From the human T2T-CHM13v2.0 reference genome, Homo sapiens: DNA of 64,000 nucleotides. Under the pieces are notes generated by a model, which had not been told where the DNA came from, made no database searches, and was given only the letters and a program-made list of their open reading frames with translations. Made by a program: the position numbers and the translations under genes. Every line of letters starts with the position of its first letter. Within the stretch, counting starts at the first letter, position 1. Location: NCBI RefSeq assembly GCF_009914755.1, contig NC_060948.1; one strand, written 5' to 3'. Positions 29,453 to 43,500 of the stretch are shown here, piece by piece.

Positions 29453-32400
29453 ATGGAGAAGAGACAAATGGAATGGAAACGAATTCAATGGAATTGAAAA
29501 GAATAGAATGGAATGGCGTGTAATGGTAAGATACTAAATGGAATGGAATTGAATGGAATGTAGTGGAATGGACCCAAATGTAATGCACTCGAATGGAATA
29601 TACTCAAATAGAATGGAATCGAAAGGAAAGGTCTCAAATGGAATTTATTCAATACAATGGAATCGAATGGAATGCAATAGAATGGAAAGGAATCGAATGT
29701 AATGGAATCAAATAGAATGGAACAGAATGGAATGGACTGCCATAGAACGGACTGCAGTGTAATGGATTGAATTCTAATTCATTCAAATGGAATGGAATTG
29801 AATGGAATGGAATCCAATGGAATGGATAGGATTGTACTGGAATGGAATAGCATGGAATGCAACGGAGTGGAATGGAGTTGAATGAAGTGGAATGGAATCG
29901 ATTGGAATGGAATCAAATGGAATGGACGGGAATGGAATGGACTGGAAGAGAACAGACTCGAATATAATGGATTGCAATGTAATTGATTCAAATGGAATGG
30001 AATCGAATGGAATGTAATAAAATTGAAGGGATTGGAGTTCAATGCAATGGAATAGAATGGAATGCAAAGGAAAAGAAAGGCACGGAGTGAAATCGAGTGT
30101 AATGGAATCGAATGGAATGAAATCGAATGGAATGGACTCAAAAGAAATGGACGAGGGACAAAACGGAATCGAACTGATTGGAATCGAATGGAACGCAATG
30201 GAATGCAATGGACTCCATTGGATGGGAGTAGAACGGATTGGAATGAAATGGAATGGAAAGGAATAGAATGGAATGGAAAGGAATGGAAGGTAACTGAAAG
30301 ATATCGAACGGATTGGAAAGGAATGGAATGGACGCTAATGGAATGGAATGGAATTCAACAGAAACGAATGGAATGGACTGGAGTGAAATGGAGTCGAATG
30401 TAATTGACTGGAGAGGAATGGACTCGAAAGGAATGGACTCGAATAGAATGGACTGGAATGGATTGTACTCGAATGGAGTGGAAAGGAATAAAATGGATTC
30501 CACCAGATTGGAATGGAACAGAATGTAATGGAATGGAATGGAATGCAATGGAATGGCTCGAATGGAAGGGAGTCGAATGCAATGGAAGGGAAAGGAAAGG
30601 AATTGAATGGAATTGAAAGTAATAGAATTAAAAGGAGTGCAAAGGAAAGATATGGAATGGAATGGATCGAAAAGAAATAGAATGGAATGGACAGGAATGG
30701 AATGGAATAGAATGGAATAGACTGGCGTGCAATTAAAACGAATGGAATGGAAACGAATGGAATGGAATGGAAAGGAATGGAGTAGAATAAATACTATGGA
30801 ATGGAATGGAATGGAATGGAATGGAATGGAATGGAGGCGAAAGGAAAACAATGGAGTGGAATGTCACCGAATGGAATGATATGGAATGGAAAGGAATGGA
30901 TACGAATGGAATGGAATAGAAAGGAACGGAAAGGTAAAGAATGGAATGGAATCGGACAGAATGGAATGTAATGTAATGGAGTCGAATGGAAAATAATCGA
31001 GTAGAATGATATCGAATGGAATGGAATTTTTGGAATGGAATGGAATGGAATGGACTCGAATGGCATGTACTCAAATGGATTAGAATAGAATGGAATGGAA
31101 CTAAACGTAATGAACTCGAATGAATGGACACAAATAGAATGGAAGAGAAAGAAATGGTATTGAACGGATTTTATTCGAATAGAATGGAATTCAATGGAAT
31201 GCAACAGTGTGGCATGGAATCAAATGGAATGGAATCGAATGGAATGGACCCGAGTGGAATGGACTCACATAGAACAGCCTCGAATGTAATGGATGACAAT
31301 GTATTAGATTCGAAAGGACTGAAATCGAATGGAATGTAATCAAATAGAACGGAATTGAATGCATGGAATGGCATAGAAAGTAATGCAATGGAATGGAATA
31401 GACTGGAAAGGAATGGAATCGGATGGAATGTAATGAAATGTAATGGAAGGAATGCTATGGAATGGAATGGAATGGAATACAATGGGACAGTGTATAATGG
31501 AGTGCAATGGATTTAAGTGGAATATAGTCAAAAGGAATGAAATAGAATGGAATTCAATATAATGGAATGGCATCCAATGGCAAGGAATGGAGCGGACTCC
31601 AATGGAAACGACATGAAAGGAATATAGTATAATGGAATGGCATTGAACGAAATGGAATGCAATGGAGTTAAAAGGTAAAATATCGAATGGAAAAGAATTG
31701 AATGGACTCGAATGGAATATAATGGAATGGAATGGACTCGAATGGAATGTACTAGAGTTGAATGGAATCGAATGGAATGGAAAACAATGGAAAGGAAAGG
31801 AAGGGAATTGAAAGGAAAGGAATAGAATGGAATGGAATCGGATGGAACAGAATTGAATGGAATGGAAACTAAAGGAATAGAATAGAAAGGAATGGCATTG
31901 AATGGAATAGAAATGAATGGAATCAGATGGAACAGAAAGGAATGGAATAGAATCGAATGGAATGGCATCGAATGGATTGGAATGGAATGTAATGGAATGG
32001 AATAGAAAGGAATGGAATGGACTCAAATGGAATGTACTCAAATGGAATAGAATAGAATGGAATGGAAGTAAATATAATGGACTCGAGTGGAATGGATTGG
32101 AATAAATTGGAATTGAATATATTGGATTTGAATGGAAAGGAATGGAATGGAATGGAATGGAATGGATTCGAATGGAATGGAACGAATTGGAATGTAATTG
32201 AATGGAGTCGAAAACAGTAGAAAGAAAAGAAGTTTAATCAAATGATATCGAATGGAATTGAATGGAATGTACGTGAATGGAATGGACTGGAATGGAATGG
32301 AATGACATGTAATGGGAACAAAAGGAATGGAATCGAATGAAATGGAATTGAATGGAATAGAAAGGAATAGAATGAAATGGAGTTTAATGGAAAGATATTA

Positions 32401-34972
32401 AAAGTAATGGAATGGAATTGAGTGGACACAAATGGAATGGACTGGAATGGAAAGGACTCGAATGAAATGGACCGCATTAGAATGGACTCGAATGGAACGG
32501 ATTGGTGTGGAATGGTCTCGAATGGATGGGAAACGAATGGAATGGAAAAGAATAGAATGGAATGTAATCAAATGGAACGAAATGGAATGGAATGGATTCG
32601 ACTGGAACAGAATTGAATGGAGTGGAATTGAATACAATGGAATGCAATCGAATGGAATGGACACGAATGGAATAGAATGAAATGAAATAGCATAGAATGG
32701 AATGGAATGGAATGGAATGGAATGGCATGGAATGGAATGGAGTGAAATGGATTGGAATGGGATGGGCCCAAAGTAATGGACTAAAATAAAAGAGACTCAA
32801 ATAGAATGAATTGTAAAGAAACGGTCTCGAATGTAATTTATTCGAATAGAATGATATTGAATGGAATGCAATAGTATGGAATGGTATCGAATAGAATGGA
32901 ATGGAATGGAACTTAATGGAGTGCATTTGAACGGACTCAAATGCAATAAATTGCACTATAATTGATTCAAATGGAATGGAATCGAATAGAATGTAAACAA
33001 ATGGAATGGAAGGCAATGCAATGGAAAGGAATCGAATGAAATGGAATAAATGGGATGGAATCGAATGGAAAGGACGCGAATATAATGGAGTGTTAAGGAA
33101 AGGTCTCGAATCGAATTCATTCCAATAGAATGGAATCGAATGGAATGCAATACTATTGAATCAAATCGAATGGAATGGAATTGAATGGAATGGACAGGAA
33201 TGGAATGAACTGGAAGTGAATGGACAAGAACATAATATATTGCAATGTAATTTATTCAAATGGAATGGAATGCAATAGAATGGAATGGACGCGATTGCAA
33301 TGGACTGGAGTGGAATGGACTGCAATGGAATTTAAACGAATATAATGCAATGGAACGGAAAGCAAAGGAATCTACCGGAATGGAATCGAACGGAACAGAA
33401 AGGAATGGAATGGAATGGAGTGGAATGGACTCGAATGGAATGTATTCAAATGTAATGGACCGGAAAGGAATGGAATCCAAAGGAATGGAATTGAATGGAA
33501 TCAAAAGGAATAGAAAGGAATAGAGTGTAATTGAATGATATCGAATGGAAGGGAATGGAATGAAGTCGAATGGAATGCACTGGAATGGAATGGACTCAAT
33601 CAGAACGGACTGGAGAGGAATGTACACAAATGGAATGGAAACGAATGGAATGGAATGAAATGGAATGGAATGCAATGGAATTGAAAGGAACGGAATCAAA
33701 AGGAATGGAATGGAATGGATTGGAATAGAATGGATTCAAATAAAATAGAATCGATTGGAATGGTATTGAATGGAAGGGACTTGAATGGAATGGAAAGCAA
33801 TGGAAGATATTGGAATCGAATGGCATCGAATGAAATGGAATGGAACGGAATGGAACGGACCCGAATGGAATGGAATGGACTCAAATGTAATGGACTCGAA
33901 TGGAATCGAATGAAATATAATAGACTCGAAAGGAATGGCCTCGAGCGGAATTTATTTGAATAGAATGGAATCAAATGGAATAGAATAGTATTGAATGGAA
34001 TCGAATGGAATGGAATCGAATGGAATGTAATCAAATAGAATGGAATGGAATTCAATATAATGGAGTAGAATGGAATGCATTGGAAAGGAGCAGAGTGGAA
34101 TCGAGTGGATTGGAATCGAGTGGAATGGAATCAAAGGGAACGAAATGGAATTGAATGGACTTGAATGGAATTGAGTCGAAAGGAATTGACTCGAAAGGAA
34201 CGGACTGGAAGGAAAAGGAATCAAATGGACAGGAATGGAATGGAATGGACTCGAATGGATTGGAGTCAAATGCAAACGCATCGAATGGAATGGATTCAAA
34301 TGGAATGCAATTGAATGGAATAGAAAGGAAGAGAATGGAATTGAGAGTAATGGAAAGATATCGATTGGAATGAAATGGAATGGAAAGGAAGTGAATGGAA
34401 AGGAATGGACTCGAAAGAAATGGATTGGAATGGAATGGTCTCCAATGGAATGGACTGGAGTGGAATGGAATCGAATGGAATGAAAAGAATGGAACGGAAT
34501 GGAACGTAAAGGAATAGAATGTTATGGAATCCGATTGGACAGAATGGAATGGAATGGAGTTTCATAAAATGGAGTCGAATAGATTGGCATCAAAAGGAAT
34601 GGAATGGAATGGAGTGGACTCAAAAGGAATGGACTCCAAAGGAATGGAGTCGAAGCAAATTGAATCAAATGGATTGGAGTCGAACAGAATGGAATGGAAT
34701 GGAATGAACTCGACTGGAGTAGAGAGGAATGTAAAGGAATAGAATGGAATGTAATCAAATGGATTGCAAGTGAATGGAATCAAAAATAATAGAAAGGAAT
34801 GGAGTGTAAAGGGATGATATGGAATAAAATGGAATGGAATGGAATTTAATGGAATGGAGTCGAAGGAATGGACAGGAATGTAATGGACTCCAATGGAATG
34901 GAATGGATCAAAATGGATTTGAACAGATTGGAATCGAACGGAATGGAATGCAATGGAATGGAATGGACTCGA
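29453..34972 (+). repeat. Long higher-order unit L4 (5520 bp)
   Basis: PstI at 29752 and next at 35272. The first ~1 kb carries older variants; the rest belongs to the homogenised block. Confidence 0.9.
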
Positions 34973-37900
34973 AAGGAGAAGAGACAAATGGAATGGAAAC
35001 GAATTCAATGGAATTGAAAAGAATAGAATGGAATGGCCTGTAATGGTAAGATACTAAATGGAATGGAATTGAATGGAATGGAATGGAATGGACCCAAATG
35101 TAATGCACTCGAATGGAATATACTCAAATAGAATGGAATCGAAAGGAAAGGTCTCAAATGGAATTTATTCAATACAATGGAATCGAATGGAATGCAATAG
35201 AATGGAAAGGAATCGAATGTAATGGAATCAAATAGAATGGACCAGAATGGAATGGACTGCCATAGAACGGACTGCAGTTTAATGGATTGAATTCTAATTC
35301 ATTCAAATGGAATGGAATTGAATGGAATGGAATCCAATGGAATGGATAGGATTGTACTGGAATGGAATAGCATGGAATACAACGGAGTGGAATGGAGTTG
35401 AATGAAGTGGAATGGAATCGATTGGAATGGAATCAAATGGAATGGACGGGAATGGAATGGACTGGAAGAGAACAGACTCGAATATAATGGATTGCAATGT
35501 AATTGATTCAAATGGAATGGAATCGAATGGAATGTAATAAAATTGAAGGGACTGGAGTTCAATGCAATGGAATAGAATGGAATGCAAAGGAAACGAAAGG
35601 CACGGAGTGAAATCGAGTGTAATGGAATCGAATGGAATGAAATGGAATGGAATGGACTCAAAAGAAATGGACGAGGGACAAAACGGAATCGAACTGATTG
35701 GAATCGAATGGAACGGAATGGAATGGAATGGACTCCATTGGATGGGAGTAGAACGGATTGGAATGAAATGGAATGGAAAGGAATAGAATGGAATGGAATG
35801 GAATGGAAGATAACGGAAAGATATCGAACGGATTGGAAAGGAATGGAATGGACGCTAATGGAATGGAATGGAACTCAAGAGAAACGAATGGAATGGACTG
35901 GAGTGAAATGGAGTCGAATGTAATTGACTGGAGAGGGATGGACTCGAAAGGAATGGACTCGAATAGAATGGACTGGAATGGATTGTACTCGAATGGAGTG
36001 GAAAGGAATAAAATGGATTCCACCAGATTGGAATGGAACAGAATGTAATGGAATGGAATGGAATGCAATGGAATGGCTCGAGTGGAATGGAGCCGAATGC
36101 AATGGAAGAGAAAGGAAAGGAATTGAATGGAATTGAAAGTAATAGAATTAAAAGGAGTGCAAAGGAAAGATATGGAATGGAATGGATCGAAAAGAAATAG
36201 AATGGAATGGACAGGAATGGAATGGAATAGAATGGAATAGACTGGCGTGCAATTAAAACGAATGGAATGGAAACGAATGGAATGGAATGGAAAGGAATGG
36301 AGTAGAATAAATACTATGGAATGGAATGGAATGGAATGGAATGGAATGGAATGGAATGGAGGCGAAAGGAAAACAATGGAGTGGAATGTCACCGAATGGA
36401 ATGATATGGAATGGAAAGGAATGGATACGAATGGAATGGAATAGAAAGGAACGGAAAGGTAAAGAATGGAATGGAATCGGACAGAATGGAATGTAATGTA
36501 ATGGAGTCGAATGGAAAATAATCGAGTAGAATGATATCGAATGGAATGGAATTTTTGGAATGGAATGGAATGGAATGGACTCGAATGGCATGTACTCAAA
36601 TGGATTAGAATAGAATGGAATGGAACTAAACGTAATGAACTCGAATGAATGGACACAAATAGAATGGAAGAGAAAGAAATGGTATTGAACGGATTTTATT
36701 CGAATAGAATGGAATTCAATGGAATGCAACAGTGTGGCATGGAATCAAATGGAATGGAATCGAATGGAATGGACCCGAGTGGAATGGACTCACATAGAAC
36801 AGCCTCGAATATAATGGATGACAATGTATTAGATTCGAAAGGACTGAAATCGAATGGAATGTAATCAAATAGAACGGAATTGAATGCATGGAATGGCATA
36901 GAAAGTAATGCAATGGAATGGAATAGACTGGAAAGGAATGGAATCGGATGGAATGTAATGAAATGTAATGGAAGGAATGCTATGGAATGGAATGGAATGG
37001 AATACAATGGGACAGTGTATAATGGAGTGCAATGGATTTAAGTGGAATATAGTCAAAAGGAATGAAATAGAATGGAATTCAATATAATGGAATGGCATCC
37101 AATGGCAAGGAATGGAGCGGACTCCAATGGAAACGACATGAAAGGAATATAGTATAATGGAATGGCATTGAACGAAATGGAATGCAATGGAGTTAAAAGG
37201 TAAAATATCGAATGGAAAAGAATTGAATGGACTCGAATGGAATATAATGGAATGGAATGGACTCGAATGGAATGTACTAGAGTTGAATGGAATCGAATGG
37301 AATGGAAAACAATGGAAAGGAAAGGAAGGGAATTGAAAGGAAAGGAATAGAATGGAATGGAATCGGATGGAACAGAATTGAATGGAATGGAAACTAAAGG
37401 AATAGAATAGAAAGGAATGGCATTGAATGGAATAGAAATGAATGGAATCAGATGGAACAGAAAGGAATGGAATAGAATCGAATGGAATGGCATCGAATGG
37501 ATTGGAATGGAATGTAATGGAATGGAATAGAAAGGAATGGAATGGACTCAAATGGAATGTACTCAAATGGAATAGAATAGAATGGAATGGAAGTAAATAT
37601 AATGGACTCGAGTGGAATGGATTGGAATAAATTGGAATTGAATATATTGGATTTGAATGGAAAGGAATGGAATGGAATGGAATGGAATGGAATGGAATGG
37701 AATGGATTCGAATGGAATGGAACGAATTGGAATGTAATTGAATGGAGTCGAAAACAGTAGAAAGAAAAGAAGTTTAATCAAATGATATCGAATGGAATTG
37801 AATGGAATGTACGTGAATGGAATGGACTGGAATGGAATGGAATGACATGTAATGGGAACAAAAGGAATGGAATCGAATGAAATGGAATTGAATGGAATAG

Positions 37901-40512
37901 AAAGGAATAGAATGAAATGGAGTTTAATGGAAAGATATTAAAAGTAATGGAATGGAATTGAGTGGACACAAATGGAATGGACTGGAATGGAAAGGACTCG
38001 AATGAAATGGACCGCATTAGAATGGACTCGAATGGAACGGATTGGTGTGGAATGGTCTCGAATGGATGGGAAACGAATGGAATGGAAAAGAATAGAATGG
38101 AATGTAATCAAATGGAACGAAATGGAATGGAATGGATTCGACTGGAACAGAATTGAATGGAGTGGAATTGAATACAATGGAATGCAATCGAATGGAATGG
38201 ACACGAATGGAATAGAATGAAATGAAATAGCATAGAATGGAATGGAATGGAATGGAATGGAATGGCATGGAATGGAATGGAGTGAAATGGATTGGAATGG
38301 GATGGGCCCAAAGTAATGGACTAAAATAAAAGAGACTCAAATAGAATGAATTGTAAAGAAACGGTCTCGAATGTAATTTATTCGAATAGAATGATATTGA
38401 ATGGAATGCAATAGTATGGAATGGTATCGAATAGAATGGAATGGAATGGAACTTAATGGAGTGCATTTGAACGGACTCAAATGCAATAAATTGCACTATA
38501 ATTGATTCAAATGGAATGGAATCGAATAGAATGTAAACAAATGGAATGGAAGGCAATGCAATGGAAAGGAATCGAATGAAATGGAATAAATGGGATGGAA
38601 TCGAATGGAAAGGACGCGAATATAATGGAGTGTTAAGGAAAGGTCTCGAATCGAATTTATTCCAATAGAATGGAATCGAATGGAATGCAATACTATTGAA
38701 TCAAATCGAATGGAATGGAATTGAATGGAATGGACAGGAATGGAATGAACTGGAAGTGAATGGACAAGAACATAATATATTGCAATGTAATTTATTCAAA
38801 TGGAATGGAATGCAATAGAATGGAATGGACGCGATTGCAATGGACTGGAGTGGAATGGACTGCAATGGAATTTAAACGAATATAATGCAATGGAACGGAA
38901 AGCAAAGGAATCTACCGGAATGGAATCGAACGGAACAGAAAGGAATGGAATGGAATGGAGTGGAATGGACTCGAATGGAATGTATTCAAATGTAATGGAC
39001 CGGAAAGGAATGGAATCCAAAGGAATGGAATTGAATGGAATCAAAAGGAATAGAAAGGAATAGAGTGTAATTGAATGATATCGAATGGAAGGGAATGGAA
39101 TGAAGTCGAATGGAATGCACTGGAATGGAATGGACTCAATCAGAACGGACTGGAGAGGAATGTACACAAATGGAATGGAAACGAATGGAATGGAATGAAA
39201 TGGAATGGAATGCAATGGAATTGAAAGGAACGGAATCAAAAGGAATGGAATGGAATGGATTGGAATAGAATGGATTCAAATAAAATAGAATCGATTGGAA
39301 TGGTATTGAATGGAAGGGACTTGAATGGAATGGAAAGCAATGGAAGATATTGGAATCGAATGGCATCGAATGAAATGGAATGGAACGGAATGGAACGGAC
39401 CCGAATGGAATGGAATGGACTCAAATGTAATGGACTCGAATGGAATCGAATGAAATATAATAGACTCGAAAGGAATGGCCTCGAGCGGAATTTATTTGAA
39501 TAGAATGGAATCAAATGGAATAGAATAGTATTGAATGGAATCGAATGGAATGGAATCGAATGGAATGTAATCAAATAGAATGGAACGGAATTCAATATAA
39601 TGGAGTAGAATGGAATGCATTGGAAAGGAGCAGAGTGGAATCGAGTGGATTGGAATCGAGTGGAATGGAATCAAAGGGAACGAAATGGAATTGAATGGAC
39701 TTGAATGGAATTGAGTCGAAAGGAATTGACTCGAAAGGAACGGACTGGAAGGAAAAGGAATCAAATGGACAGGAATGGAATGGAATGGACTCGAATGGAT
39801 TGGAGTCAAATGCAAACGCATCGAATGGAATGGATTCAAATGGAATGCAATTGAATGGAATAGAAAGGAAGAGAATGGAATTGAGAGTAATGGAAAGATA
39901 TCGATTGGAATGAAATGGAATGGAAAGGAAGTGAATGGAAAGGAATGGACTCGAAAGAAATGGATTGGAATGGAATGGTCTCCAATGGAATGGACTGGAG
40001 TGGAATGGAATCGAATGGAATGAAAAGAATGGAACGGAATGGAACGTAAAGGAATAGAATGTTATGGAATCCGATTGGACAGAATGGAATGGAATGGAGT
40101 TTCATAAAATGGAGTCGAATAGATTGGCATCAAAAGGAATGGAATGGAATGGAGTGGACTCAAAAGGAATGGACTCCAAAGGAATGGAGTCGAAGCAAAT
40201 TGAATCAAATGGATTGGAGTCGAACAGAATGGAATGGAATGGAATGAACTCGACTGGAGTAGAGAGGAATGTAAAGGAATAGAATGGAATGTAATCAAAT
40301 GGATTGCAAGTGAATGGAATCAAAAATAATAGAAAGGAATGGAGTGTAAAGGGATGATATGGAATAAAATGGAATGGAATGGAATTTAATGGAATGGAGT
40401 CGAAGGAATGGACAGGAATGTAATGGACTCCAATGGAATGGAATGGATCAAAATGGATTTGAACAGATTGGAATCGAACGGAATGGAATGCAATGGAATG
40501 GAATGGACTCGA
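34973..40512 (+). repeat. Long higher-order unit L5 (5540 bp)
   Basis: PstI at 35272 and next at 40812; near-identical to L7 at +11070. Confidence 0.9.
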
Positions 40513-43500
40513 AAGGAGAAGAGACAAATGGAATGGAAACGAATTCAATGGAATTGAAAAGAATAGAATGGAATGGCCTGTAATGGTAAGATACTAAATG
40601 GAATGGAATTGAATGGAATGGAATGGAATGGACCCAAATGTAATGCACTCGAATGGAATATACTCAAATAGAATGGAATCGAAAGGAAAGGTCTCAAATG
40701 GAATTTATTCAATACAATGGAATCGAATGGAATGCAATAGAATGGAAAGGAATCGAATGTAATGGAATCAAATAGAATGGACCAGAATGGAATGGACTGC
40801 CATAGAACGGACTGCAGTTTAATGGATTGAATTCTAATTCATTCAAATGGAATGGAATTGAATGGAATGGAATCCAATGGAATGGATAGGATTGTACTGG
40901 AATGGAATAGCATGGAATACAACGGAGTGGAATGGAGTTGAATGAAGTGGAATGGAATCGATTGGAATGGAATCAAATGGAATGGACGGGAATGGAATGG
41001 ACTGGAAGAGAACAGACTCGAATATAATGGATTGCAATGTAATTGATTCAAATGGAATGGAATCGAATGGAATGTAATAAAATTGAAGGGACTGGAGTTC
41101 AATGCAATGGAATAGAATGGAATGCAAAGGAAACGAAAGGCACGGAGTGAAATCGAGTGTAATGGAATCGAATGGAATGAAATGGAATGGAATGGACTCA
41201 AAAGAAATGGACGAGGGACAAAACGGAATCGAACTGATTGGAATCGAATGGAACGGAATGGAATGGAATGGACTCCATTGGATGGGAGTAGAACGGATTG
41301 GAATGAAATGGAATGGAAAGGAATAGAATGGAATGGAATGGAATGGAAGATAACGGAAAGATATCGAACGGATTGGAAAGGAATGGAATGGACGCTAATG
41401 GAATGGAATGGAACTCAAGAGAAACGAATGGAATGGACTGGAGTGAAATGGAGTCGAATGTAATTGACTGGAGAGGGATGGACTCGAAAGGAATGGACTC
41501 GAATAGAATGGACTGGAATGGATTGTACTCGAATGGAGTGGAAAGGAATAAAATGGATTCCACCAGATTGGAATGGAACAGAATGTAATGGAATGGAATG
41601 GAATGCAATGGAATGGCTCGAATGGAAGGGAGTCGAATGCAATGGAAGGGAAAGGAAAGGAATTGAATGGAATTGAAAGTAATAGAATTAAAAGGAGTGC
41701 AAAGGAAAGATATGGAATGGAATGGATCGAAAAGAAATAGAATGGAATGGACAGGAATGGAATGGAATAGAATGGAATAGACTGGCGTGCAATTAAAACG
41801 AATGGAATGGAAACGAATGGAATGGAATGGAAAGGAATGGAGTAGAATAAATACTATGGAATGGAATGGAATGGAATGGAATGGAATGGAATGGAGGCGA
41901 AAGGAAAACAATGGAGTGGAATGTCACCGAATGGAATGATATGGAATGGAAAGGAATGGATACGAATGGAATGGAATAGAAAGGAACGGAAAGGTAAAGA
42001 ATGGAATGGAATCGGACAGAATGGAATGTAATGTAATGGAGTCGAATGGAAAATAATCGAGTAGAATGATATCGAATGGAATGGAATTTTTGGAATGGAA
42101 TGGAATGGAATGGACTCGAATGGCATGTACTCAAATGGATTAGAATAGAATGGAATGGAACTAAACGTAATGAACTCGAATGAATGGACACAAATAGAAT
42201 GGAAGAGAAAGAAATGGTATTGAACGGATTTTATTCGAATAGAATGGAATTCAATGGAATGCAACAGTGTGGCATGGAATCAAATGGAATGGAATCGAAT
42301 GGAATGGACCCGAGTGGAATGGACTCACATAGAACAGCCTCGAATGTAATGGATGACAATGTATTAGATTCGAAAGGACTGAAATCGAATGGAATGTAAT
42401 CAAATAGAACGGAATTGAATGCATGGAATGGCATAGAAAGTAATGCAATGGAATGGAATAGACTGGAAAGGAATGGAATCGGATGGAATGTAATGAAATG
42501 TAATGGAAGGAATGCTATGGAATGGAATGGAATGGAATACAATGGGACAGTGTATAATGGAGTGCAATGGATTTAAGTGGAATATAGTCAAAAGGAATGA
42601 AATAGAATGGAATTCAATATAATGGAATGGCATCCAATGGCAAGGAATGGAGCGGACTCCAATGGAAACGACATGAAAGGAATATAGTATAATGGAATGG
42701 CATTGAACGAAATGGAATGCAATGGAGTTAAAAGGTAAAATATCGAATGGAAAAGAATTGAATGGACTCGAATGGAATATAATGGAATGGAATGGACTCG
42801 AATGGAATGTACTAGAGTTGAATGGAATCGAATGGAATGGAAAACAATGGAAAGGAAAGGAAGGGAATTGAAAGGAAAGGAATAGAATGGAATGGAATCG
42901 GATGGAACAGAATTGAATGGAATGGAAACTAAAGGAATAGAATAGAAAGGAATGGCATTGAATGGAATAGAAATGAATGGAATCAGATGGAACAGAAAGG
43001 AATGGAATAGAATCGAATGGAATGGCATCGAATGGATTGGAATGGAATGTAATGGAATGGAATAGAAAGGAATGGAATGGACTCAAATGGAATGTACTCA
43101 AATGGAATAGAATAGAATGGAATGGAAGTAAATATAATGGACTCGAGTGGAATGGATTGGAATAAATTGGAATTGAATATATTGGATTTGAATGGAAAGG
43201 AATGGAATGGAATGGAATGGAATGGAATGGAATGGATTCGAATGGAATGGAACGAATTGGAATGTAATTGAATGGAGTCGAAAACAGTAGAAAGAAAAGA
43301 AGTTTAATCAAATGATATCGAATGGAATTGAATGGAATGTACGTGAATGGAATGGACTGGAATGGAATGGAATGACATGTAATGGGAACAAAAGGAATGG
43401 AATCGAATGAAATGGAATTGAATGGAATAGAAAGGAATAGAATGAAATGGAGTTTAATGGAAAGATATTAAAAGTAATGGAATGGAATTGAGTGGACACA

